In this document: piece after piece, positions 1 to 7,045 of the stretch
Layout of the letters: every line of letters begins with the position of its first letter
How positions within the stretch are numbered: position 1 is the stretch's first letter
Virus record (IMG/VR): IMGVR_UViG_3300025646_000356
Location: 1-24,415 of that record
DNA: 24,415 nucleotides
DNA from: a virus
Lineage: Duplodnaviria; Caudoviricetes
Reading direction: 5' to 3' (one strand)
Translations under genes and position numbers: made by a program
Notes under the pieces: model-generated
Seen by the model: the letters and a program-made list of their open reading frames with translations, nothing else
The model's database searches: none
What the model was told of the DNA's origin: nothing

Positions 1-90
1 CAAAGCCATGGTCAGTTTGATGTTCTTCTTCATTTCACCTCCTTTGCTATTGAGAGGAATGTGACTAATAACAACTGCATTGCGCTTCAT
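1..90 (-). CDS. 5' end of hypothetical protein running off the left edge; two in-frame starts (ATG 90 and ATG 33)
   Basis: Minus strand reads AAGGGGA-taata-ATG(90) MKRNAVVISHIPLNSKGGE, then in-frame ATG(33) MKKNIKLTMAL preceded by a perfect SD AAGGAGGTGA. Confidence 0.7.
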   Translation of the reverse strand, partial: MKRNAVVISHIPLNSKGGEMKKNIKLTMAL

Positions 91-109
91 TATTATCCCC
101 TTTGTTGTT

Positions 110-176
110 TGAGATGGCTCATTCAGACCGTGGTCTCTCACACCACAATGACCCCTGGGTATGCAGGGGTTTCGCC
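110..176 (-). ncRNA. Hammerhead ribozyme, type II, with loop I pseudoknot
   Basis: Minus strand: GGC GAA ACCCCUG cauacc CAGGGGU C / AUUGUGGU gUGAGAg ACCACGGU CUGAAUGA GCC aUCUCA. Stem II GGC/GCC, GAAA core, 7-bp stem III ending in the GUC cleavage triplet (C at 150), 8-bp stem I (2 G-U pairs), CUGA-AU-GA core, and loop UGAGA complementary to 3' tail UCUCA. Confidence 0.85.
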
Positions 177-797
177 TTATTCGGCTGGGTTGTTGATGTC
201 TTTATCCCAGTCTTCTCCATCATCATCAGCAATCATTTGCTGGATGATACCAAGGATGCTGTTGGTCATGTCTTTAAAGGTTTGATGATGCACGACACGA
301 ATGTCATCGCCAGTAACAAACTCTTCACCAGACTCTTGCCTTCTGGTTTCATCACAACCAGTGCACTTCTTTGACCAACCCTGGGTAAATTCCACACCAG
401 CCTGGTTAAAGCCCCGGTATTCAAACACAGGAAAGATTTCACACTGCTTGCAGATAGGAGCATCCACCGAATACACCACATTGGCATAGCCATCATCGCT
501 CATCCAATACAGTGTTGCACAGCCTTGAATAGCCATGTATAGCTCCCATTCTTCAGCCACAAACGGGATGAACTCTTCCGTCATGTGGTTGACGAATTCT
601 TTACCAGGTGCCCAAGACAACTTAGGATTAATGTGTTCTCTGGTCCACTCAGCATCTGCATTGACCACTGTGATCTTGAGGACTTTACCATCCTCGTTAT
701 ATTGTACGATTATGGGCTGCCTATTACCGCCCATGAATGTGTATTCCTTCACTGCACCCTCCTTTGGTGGGTTGTTGTTATTATTGATTGATGTCAT
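177..797 (-). CDS. Hypothetical protein (206 aa) with CxxC...CxxC Zn-binding motif
   Basis: ORF-track 177..848. The ATG at 797 has SD GGGAGG 7 nt upstream and is the likelier start. Contains CKQC and CTGC pairs and an acidic C-terminus; the stop abuts the ribozyme. Confidence 0.75.
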   Translation of the reverse strand: MTSINNNNNPPKEGAVKEYTFMGGNRQPIIVQYNEDGKVLKITVVNADAEWTREHINPKLSWAPGKEFVNHMTEEFIPFVAEEWELYMAIQGCATLYWMSDDGYANVVYSVDAPICKQCEIFPVFEYRGFNQAGVEFTQGWSKKCTGCDETRRQESGEEFVTGDDIRVVHHQTFKDMTNSILGIIQQMIADDDGEDWDKDINNPAE

Positions 798-1002
798 TGC
801 TCTACCTCCCTTAGGTAGTTTAGGTATGACTGGATAGGACACCCCCATACCGGGGCGGGCACGTTAAAGCTCTGAAGCTCCAACAGTACTCACTATTACC
901 CCCTCATAAATTTTTCTTTATTTTTATACTATTATGACTTTTTACAGGTTTATATAGGTTCAGATAAGAATCGCCCGCAAAACAAAAATCTTCTCGCAAA
1001 GG

Positions 1003-1032
1003 TTGTCATCAGAATACATACCACGCTATATT
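1003..1032 (+). promoter_or_regulatory. Putative sigma70-type promoter for the 1132 gene
   Basis: TTGTCA (1003-1008), 18-nt spacer, TATATT (1027-1032) in an intergenic region upstream of a plus-strand ORF. Confidence 0.4.
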
Positions 1033-1131
1033 CATCTCTAGACAAATATCATAGGACAATCGATATCCCCGAAAATATAATAAGATATTACCCACAATGC
1101 CTAATCAACCAGAAAAGGATAAGAAAAAGAC

Positions 1132-1344
1132 ATGACAACCTATATAGACTGTCCAGCCTGTTCATCAGAGATACTGGTAGCAGATGAGATATCAGAAAAT
1201 AGTGTAAGATGCCCAGATTGTCTACATTGGGTAGAAGATGAGTATGATACGGCTCATGCATTTAAGACATACTATGGTGCGTCTTTGCAAATTGCGGGCG
1301 GGTACGATGATTATGATCCAGACAATTATGGATACGATAACTGA
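1132..1344 (+). CDS. Small Zn-ribbon protein (70 aa) with acidic Tyr/Asp tail
   Basis: CPAC...CPDC motif; AAGGA upstream; followed by a terminator hairpin. Confidence 0.75.
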   Translation: MTTYIDCPACSSEILVADEISENSVRCPDCLHWVEDEYDTAHAFKTYYGASLQIAGGYDDYDPDNYGYDN

Positions 1345-1353
1345 TATATAAAT

Positions 1354-1396
1354 AAAAAGAGGGCTCTCGCTTTTTTAGCGGGAACCCTCTTTTTTT
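1354..1396. terminator. Bidirectional intrinsic terminator
   Basis: AAAAAGAGGGcTCTCGCT-TTTTT-AGCGGGAaCCCTCTTTTTTT: long stem flanked by A and T tracts, between convergent genes ending at 1344 (+) and 1409 (-). Confidence 0.85.
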
Positions 1397-1408
1397 ATTG
1401 TCTAAATT

Positions 1409-1730
1409 TTAGTCGAATCCAAACTCGTCATCATCGCTTGGATATTCTTTAGGATTTAGTATCATTTTTTTTACTAGATTTTCATTCTCTAGATCTGGAA
1501 TGATATCTTCCACTTCTTTTCCGGGTCATTTGAGCAATTCCTTCAATCATCTGCCATTGTTCAGGCTCAAAGAGCGAAAAGACTAAATTGCCGTCTTTGT
1601 CTGGATGAACGGTAACAACATGTTCTAAGTCTTCATCAGTCAGCTCAGCAAACTCAACTATCTCTGAGTCGTCTTCGTCTATCAGATGTCCAAACAGCTC
1701 CATGAGCTTTTTGAAGACTTCTTCGTTCAT
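1409..1730 (-). CDS. Acidic hypothetical protein (106 aa) requiring a +1 shift at CGGA (1523-1520)
   Basis: SD AAGGAG upstream of ATG 1730. Frame 0 reaches ACC-CGG-A at codon 70. Skipping one C gives ...AQMT-G-KEVEDIIPDLENENLVKKMILNPKEYPSDDDEFGFD*, matching the acidic composition and ending next to the terminator. Confidence 0.75.
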
Positions 1731-1761
1731 GGATATATAGTAACTCCTTTTAGAAGATTAC

Positions 1762-1875
1762 TTAATCATCATCTTCTTCGTCTGCACCTTCACAAGTAAG
1801 ATCTTGAATTAAATTAAAAATTTTTCTGGCGGCGGCGATTTGTCCGCATGGACAACCCCCAAAGTTACTACTCAT
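1762..1875 (-). CDS. Small hypothetical protein (37 aa) MSSNFGGCPCGQIAAARKIFNLIQDLTCEGADEEDDD
   Basis: Manually translated; fills the gap between co-directional genes; acidic tail like its neighbours. Confidence 0.5.
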   Translation of the reverse strand: MSSNFGGCPCGQIAAARKIFNLIQDLTCEGADEEDDD

Positions 1876-1885
1876 GTCTTTAAGA

Positions 1886-2062
1886 TTAATCTTCATCTTC
1901 GTTGTCTTTATCTAGGTATTCTGTCCACTCATCTCCACAGTCTCGGCATTTAACATGAAATCTGTGTTGAACATCTTCTTTTTTGGAAAGATCTACTATG
2001 GCAAAGTTAGGTGGAAAACTACAATCTGAACAAACAGCGGGATTTATCTTATTTGTACTCAT
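1886..2062 (-). CDS. Small Zn-ribbon protein (58 aa)
   Basis: Manually translated MSTNKINPAVCSDC...VKCRDCGDEWTEYLDKDNEDED; start overlaps the recA stop (ATGA); CxxC...CxxC motif. Confidence 0.8.
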   Translation of the reverse strand: MSTNKINPAVCSDCSFPPNFAIVDLSKKEDVQHRFHVKCRDCGDEWTEYLDKDNEDED

Positions 2063-3021
2063 GATTTGATTTGTTCTAGAATATCTTCTCTTTCTTTGAG
2101 TTTCTCAATAGCATTATCTCTACCCTGTGCAAATGATTCATCGCCATAATATACCCAAGCACCACGTTGAGTAAATATTCCTTTTTCAAGGCCGATGTCA
2201 AAATAGCAACCAAACTTATCTATACCCTTACCGTATAAAATATCAAATTCTGTCATCTTAAGCGGCGGAGCCATCTTGTTCTTGATAACCTTAGCTTTTA
2301 CTCCGATACCAATTGAGTTACCTTCTTTGTCCTTGATATCTTCTTTCTTGCGAATGTCAATTCTGACTGATGCGGCGTATTTGAGAGCCATACCTCCAGG
2401 AGTTGTTTCTGGATTGCCGAACATAATGCCAATCTTATTACGGAGCTGATTAATGAAGATTAGAAGCGTTTTATTCTCGGAGGCTAGTCCAACTAGCTTT
2501 CTCATCGCTTTGGCCATTAGACGAGCTTGTAGGCCCATCTGAGCGGCTTCCATTTCGCCTTCAAGCTCTGCTTTTGGAATGAGCGATGCAACTGAGTCAA
2601 TTACAACAACTCCAAGCTCTCCAGTCTTAACCAGGCGATCAACAATCTCTAATGCCTGCTCGCCATAGTCTGGCTGAGATAATAACAGATTATCTAAATC
2701 CACACCAAGCGACTGCATATAGATTGGGTCTAACGCATGCTCAGCGTCAATGTAGGCGCACTTTAGTCCAAGCTTCTGCGCCTCAGTAACTACTGATAGC
2801 GCAATAGTAGACTTGCCAGATGATTCTGGTCCATATATTTCAACAATGCGTCCTCTTGGTAATCCACCAATTCCAAGGATATGATCAAGAGATGGAGACC
2901 CGGTTGGTACCGATGGCCATGACTCCACATTAAAGTTCCCAAGACGCATGACTGAACCAGAGCCAAACTGGCGTTCTAGCTGTGCAATTGCTATTTCTAA
3001 TCCTTTTGATTCATTAGACAT
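2059..3021 (-). CDS. recA: RecA recombinase (bacterial type)
   Basis: GGLPRGRIVEIYGPESSGKST (Walker A), AYIDAEHALDP, VVIDSVA, FINQLRNKIGIMFGNPETTPGG and VIKNKMAPP are RecA signatures. Confidence 0.98.
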   Translation of the reverse strand: MSNESKGLEIAIAQLERQFGSGSVMRLGNFNVESWPSVPTGSPSLDHILGIGGLPRGRIVEIYGPESSGKSTIALSVVTEAQKLGLKCAYIDAEHALDPIYMQSLGVDLDNLLLSQPDYGEQALEIVDRLVKTGELGVVVIDSVASLIPKAELEGEMEAAQMGLQARLMAKAMRKLVGLASENKTLLIFINQLRNKIGIMFGNPETTPGGMALKYAASVRIDIRKKEDIKDKEGNSIGIGVKAKVIKNKMAPPLKMTEFDILYGKGIDKFGCYFDIGLEKGIFTQRGAWVYYGDESFAQGRDNAIEKLKEREDILEQIKS

Positions 3022-3274
3022 TTTTTAGAAAATCCTTAAAAGAGTTTTTGACGTTATACTTTTCAATTAGATCAAGGGCTTCTTGTTTTGTCTTTGCGAC
3101 TTCTTCAAGAGCCTGCTTTTCCATGTACCTATATTCTACTCTAGATTCTCTATCTGAACCAAGTTGAGCTAGTCTGATTTTATCTACAAGTTTATATAGT
3201 TTTTTTAATCTAAATATTTTCATATTGTAAGTTTGCTGAGGATTATCTATTTCGGTTTTTGTTTGAGTTGACAT
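3014..3274 (-). CDS. Hypothetical protein (86 aa)
   Basis: SD-like AAGGAAAG upstream; the stop overlaps the recA start. Confidence 0.75.
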   Translation of the reverse strand: MSTQTKTEIDNPQQTYNMKIFRLKKLYKLVDKIRLAQLGSDRESRVEYRYMEKQALEEVAKTKQEALDLIEKYNVKNSFKDFLKNV

Positions 3275-3294
3275 ACTTTCCTTTGTTTTTCAAG

Positions 3295-3321
3295 TGGTAT
3301 ACTTGGTGTCGTCAAGTATAC
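3295..3321. promoter_or_regulatory. Inverted repeat carrying a TATACT -10 element on each strand (putative bidirectional promoter or operator)
   Basis: GTATACTTG (3297-3305), 7 nt, CAAGTATAC (3313-3321). The plus-strand copy is an extended -10 (TGG-TATACT). It lies exactly where gene orientation diverges. Confidence 0.55.
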
Positions 3322-3334
3322 ACAGAACGGATAT

Positions 3335-3496
3335 ATGATGCAACACAAAGACACGCTCAGACAAGAATTTTATAGAGCAAGATTTCTTCTTAACAATAAA
3401 TTCAATACAGTAAATGATCTACTTAGATACTGGGCATATGCAGGGCCTTGCAAGGAAAAACATCCTGCAGTTGAAAAAATAAATTCAGCAGAATGA
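3335..3496 (+). CDS. Small hypothetical protein (53 aa) MMQHKDTLRQEFYRARFLLNNKF...
   Basis: Manually translated open frame just downstream of the putative promoter; below the ORF-track cutoff. Confidence 0.55.
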   Translation: MMQHKDTLRQEFYRARFLLNNKFNTVNDLLRYWAYAGPCKEKHPAVEKINSAE

Positions 3497-3497
3497 T

Positions 3498-3526
3498 TTG
3501 ACACGAGATGAAAAACCTGTTAGGCT
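3498..3526 (+). promoter_or_regulatory. Sigma70/SigA-type promoter
   Basis: Perfect TTGACA (3498-3503), 17-nt spacer ending TGT, then TAGGCT (3521-3526; TANNNT with TGn extension). Confidence 0.65.
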
Positions 3527-3534
3527 TGAATTGC

Positions 3535-3650
3535 ACCCCCTACCCCCTACCCCCAGTTATATATACTATATATAATATTACTAATATACATATATATATT
3601 AATATTATTCTATATAAGTATATATGGAATAATAAAAATAAAAACATAGA
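3535..3650. repeat. C5-TA-C5-TA-C5 tract followed by about 90 nt of nearly pure A/T (TA-dinucleotide rich)
   Basis: acccccTAcccccTAccccc at 3535-3554, then ttatatatactatatataatattactaatatacatatatatatt...; non-coding. Confidence 0.8.
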
Positions 3651-3662
3651 TTTGGGGTTGGT

Positions 3663-5088
3663 ATGAAAATCTACCAAATATATGTTCCAGACTTAAATAC
3701 GTATGTGAAATACAAAGTTCTGGAGCCAGAACAAATTGATAAATTTGTATCTGAGTTAAATGTAAAAACAGAAAAAGATCGCAGAAGAAAAATTCTTCAG
3801 CACGTTATATTTAACCTTAAGAATGAAGTGTCATCTGCCCTAGGTCTAATGACAAGAGCAGATGCAGAAAGATGCATCGAAGCACTCTATACACGGATGC
3901 GTAATGCTGAATCCAGGTTTAGACATAGATTATTGGATAGCTATTGCCTATACAAATACTACCTTTGATTTAGATGATGATATAGGTCAAAATTTTGATG
4001 AATTAAGAAATATAATATCAAGATATAAAGATAAACCAGCTGCTAAATCTGTTCAAAAAAATACAAAAATAAAAAAGATAGCCAAAAACAAATTCATTAA
4101 TTTAGAAAATCATCTTAAAGATAATCTTATCGGGCAAGATGAAGCCATAGAAGCGATATCTGCTGCATTAGTCAGATCTCAAGCTGATATGCAGGACCTT
4201 AATAGGCCATTGGGTGTTTTCCTATTTGCTGGCTCATCAGGTGTTGGTAAAACGCATTTGGCAAAAACCTTGCATAACTATCTTTTTGAATCAAACGTTC
4301 CTATGGTGAGAATAGATTGTGGGGAATTCCAACATAAGCACGAGAACTCAAAATTAATAGGTTCTCCTCCTGGATATGTTGGCCATGATGAAGGCGGACA
4401 ACTGGTTAATCAGATCCAAAAAAATCCAAACTCAGTAGTGCTTATAGATGAAGTTGAAAAAGCTCATCCAGATATTTGGAATACATTTTTAACAATTTTT
4501 GATGAAGGTGTTATTACAGACGCAAAAGGAAATAAGGTTGATTTTAGGGGAACAGTAATAATTTTAACTACAAACCTTGGAAACGAAAAAACAGTAGATC
4601 ACTTAATCGGAACTGGAACCGGCTTTAATAAAAATGTTAATTATGTTTCCTCAACTTCAGTCATGCCTCCAAAATCTCTTGTAGAAAAGAATACTTTAGA
4701 TGCAATTAGAAAATATTTTAGACCAGAATTTATAAACAGATTAGATAAAATAATAGTTTTTAATCACTTATCAAGACAAGACTGCGAAAAGATTGCCGAG
4801 CTAGAAATGTCTTTAGTTGTGTCTAAGTTAGACAGAAAAGGTTACATTACCGAATACAATTCAAACGTAATTGATGCCCTAATAGAAAAAGGCATAGATA
4901 GCGTAAAGGGAGCAAGAGGCCTTGCTCAAATTCGCAGAGATCAAATAGAAACATCTTTAGCTAGAATAATGGTAGATGATAATCATCCCAAGGGAACAAT
5001 ATTTAATATAGATTATAAAGATAATAGTTTTAAATTTAATGTAAAAAAACCTAAAAAAACTCCTAGTCTTAAAAAGGTACAATTATAA
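3663..5088 (+). CDS. Clp/Hsp100-family AAA+ ATPase (single D2-type domain plus novel N-domain, 474 aa) requiring a +1 shift at CGGA (3894-3897)
   Basis: Walker A GSSGVGKT, RIDCGEF...KLIGSPPGYVGHDEGGQL, Walker B VLIDEVEKAHPD, FRPEFINRLD and GARGL. ORFs 3663..3968 and 3862..5088 join as ...CIEALYT-G-CVMLNPGLDID when ACA-CGG-A is read as ACA-(C)GGA. Confidence 0.88.
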
Positions 5089-5106
5089 AACCCTTGTCTT
5101 TTTAAT

Positions 5107-5123
5107 TAGTCTAGGCTACTATT
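5107..5123 (+). promoter_or_regulatory. Putative phage late-promoter motif CTAGGCTACTATT
   Basis: A near-identical motif (CTAGGGCTACTATT) recurs at 19165-19178 upstream of the portal gene. Both are intergenic and shortly upstream of an SD. Confidence 0.5.
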
Positions 5124-5145
5124 AAGGTATACCAAGGAGGTTTTT

Positions 5146-5388
5146 GTGCCAAAAAATAATCCAATGGGTTATTCCCAAAAAGCAAATAACATGTTTACCG
5201 GAATAGGTAAACTGGGTAGAGCAAAATCTTCTGGAGGAATGTCCCCAGCTCAACTAGCAAAATCTGGAAAAGTTAGATCTGCCATGGTCGCTGGTGGAGT
5301 TATTGGTATGATGGGTCTTGGTAATCGTAGGGGTAGTGGCGTAGACAAATCTGGAAGAGGTAGACCAACAGGAATGCGAAGGTATTAA
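5146..5388 (+). CDS. Small basic Gly/Arg-rich protein (80 aa)
   Basis: Strong SD AAGGAGG before GTG; hydrophobic segment followed by an Arg/Gly-rich tail. Confidence 0.8.
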   Translation: MPKNNPMGYSQKANNMFTGIGKLGRAKSSGGMSPAQLAKSGKVRSAMVAGGVIGMMGLGNRRGSGVDKSGRGRPTGMRRY

Positions 5389-5391
5389 TTT

Positions 5392-5698
5392 ATGAATATA
5401 GCAGGAAAAATTGGCTCTTTGTTTGTGAAAACTCCAGTTGCACCCGGTAAAGCTGTTGCAGCCAGGTCCGGAAAACTTGCTCGGAATGCCCTCTAGAACA
5501 AGATCAATGATGAATAGAACTCCTCAAGCAGCTCAAAGAGCAAGAAATATAACAAAAAAACAAAAAACAATTGGAGCATCTGTAATTGGAGGAACGGCCA
5601 TTGGTTTAATGCATAGAGGAAGAGGAAGTAATAGTCAAAGAGGCGGTTATAATCCACCAAGATTAAGAGAACCAAGGGGATCTGGAAGATACGCTTAA
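5392..5698 (+). CDS. Small basic Gly/Arg-rich protein (101 aa) requiring a +1 shift at CGGA (5482-5485)
   Basis: ATG 3 nt after the previous stop gives MNIAGKIGSLFVKTPVAPGKAVAARSGKLA, then CGG-A at codon 31. The +1 frame continues GMPSRTRS...GSGRYA. Architecture resembles the upstream gene. Confidence 0.72.
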
Positions 5699-5725
5699 TT
5701 TAATAAGAAAAGAAAGATGTGAAAT

Positions 5726-6139
5726 GTGATGAATGATTGGAAAAACTATATTGATAAAAATGGAGATTTTCAGTTAGCAAATTTTTTGTACAAAAATATA
5801 AATGAGCTAATGAAACACTCTCTAGATATGGGAACCTTGCTATCTAATGATTCCCAAAAATTAAGGGCTTACAAAGAGCAAACAAAAAAACTATTCAAAA
5901 ACAAATGGCTTAATATAGCAGAAGTTTTAGAATATTTTGAAATAATAGAAAAATGCGTTTGCTATTCAGAAGAAAAAGAAATTTATTGTGACATCTGTAA
6001 AGGCGCCAGATATAAGATCTCTTCTTATCTTTCTCCTGATGAAATGAGAGAAGTTAGCACTTTTGTAAATGCCGTACAAGACGCCGAAGTGCAGCTAAAA
6101 CTACAGAAGGGGCTAATGAAGCTTCTTGAGGAAATCTAA
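5726..6139 (+). CDS. Hypothetical protein (137 aa) with Cys cluster (CVC...CDICKG)
   Basis: ORF in operon context; the stop overlaps the next start. Confidence 0.8.
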   Translation: MMNDWKNYIDKNGDFQLANFLYKNINELMKHSLDMGTLLSNDSQKLRAYKEQTKKLFKNKWLNIAEVLEYFEIIEKCVCYSEEKEIYCDICKGARYKISSYLSPDEMREVSTFVNAVQDAEVQLKLQKGLMKLLEEI

Positions 6140-6321
6140 TGCAATGCCCAAGATGCAGTGCCGATATGTCGTTAATCTTTGAAAAAAGATACACAAGAAA
6201 AAAAGATAAAGCAAAAATGTTTAGTAGCGATTATTACTGCTCAAATTGCAAATCTGGAGTTTGTAATATTTCCGCTAATGGAGAAAATTTTCATTCTGAA
6301 TGGATAGATTTTAATGGCTGA
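6139..6321 (+). CDS. Small Zn-ribbon protein (60 aa)
   Basis: CPRC...CSNC motif; overlaps neighbouring genes at both ends. Confidence 0.75.
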   Translation: MQCPRCSADMSLIFEKRYTRKKDKAKMFSSDYYCSNCKSGVCNISANGENFHSEWIDFNG

Positions 6322-7045
6322 TTTAGAAAAATTTGATGATAAAAAAAAGTTTCTGCAAGACTTTGAATCCTTAAGACCTGATTTATTTTTTCCAGAAAAT
6401 TGGTCAGAGGAAGAAAAAGATAAAGCAGTAGATCTTGTAAGGCCCCAAAAAACAAGAACAAGCATGTTCTCTTCTATACCCATGACATGCGAAGCACAAA
6501 AGTGTATTTTTGCGGACACCTGCCCATTACTAAAACAAAATCTTGCCCCAAGAGGAAATCCATGTCCAATAGAAATGTCAATGGTTTCTCAATTCACAAT
6601 GGAGTATATGGAGCAACTAGATGTGCAAGCAGATAATCTAGTTGAAGTTTCTATGATTCGAGACCTTGTTGATCAAGAGGTTCAGTATCTTAGAAAAACT
6701 AAACTTTTAGCTAAAGAACATTTTGTTCAAGAAAACGTAATAGGAGTAGATGATGATGGTGCTCCTATTCTTAAAAAAGAACTACATCTTGCAGTTGAAC
6801 TAGAAGATAAGCTTCATAAAAGAAGAAAAGATCTTAGAAATCAACTATTAGCAACTAGAGAAGCAAAAGCAAAAGCTGGACAAATGCAAGTTGACAGTGC
6901 ACAAGCAATATCAGATATTCTTTACAAAGTCCAATCTATTGAAATTGAAAAAGAAAAATTACTCAAACAAAAGCTTGGAACATATGAGTTGGATGAATAT
7001 ATAGAGGCCCAGACCGTAGATAATAAAGACGATCAAAATGGTTAA
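6314..7045 (+). CDS. Hypothetical protein (243 aa) with Cys4 motif and coiled coil; possible terminase small subunit
   Basis: C-x4-C-x5-C...CP motif, helical C-terminal half, upstream of terL in the same run. The TerS assignment rests on context only. Confidence 0.7.
   Translation: MADLEKFDDKKKFLQDFESLRPDLFFPENWSEEEKDKAVDLVRPQKTRTSMFSSIPMTCEAQKCIFADTCPLLKQNLAPRGNPCPIEMSMVSQFTMEYMEQLDVQADNLVEVSMIRDLVDQEVQYLRKTKLLAKEHFVQENVIGVDDDGAPILKKELHLAVELEDKLHKRRKDLRNQLLATREAKAKAGQMQVDSAQAISDILYKVQSIEIEKEKLLKQKLGTYELDEYIEAQTVDNKDDQNG

Noticed and set aside
151-172. Hairpin ACCCCTG/CAGGGGT as a simple terminator
   Set aside because: It has no U-tract on the coding (minus) strand and is better explained as stem III of the hammerhead ribozyme.
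61-837. Plus-strand ORFs 61..285, 102..374, 301..489, 535..837 and 585..791
   Set aside because: They are antisense shadows of the minus-strand gene, which has strong SDs and Zn motifs; no supporting initiation signals.
850-1131. tRNA (for example a CGGA-decoding suppressor) in the intergenic gaps
   Set aside because: I found no cloverleaf or T-loop GTTCRA arm by eye here or in other gaps. Any such tRNA would probably lie outside this window; tRNAscan-SE or ARAGORN on the full genome is needed.
5467-5472. TCC-GGA as an alternative shift site in the 5392 gene
   Set aside because: Here GGA is already in frame and the C belongs to the Ser codon. Such NNC-GGA junctions are common in intact genes and cause no shift.
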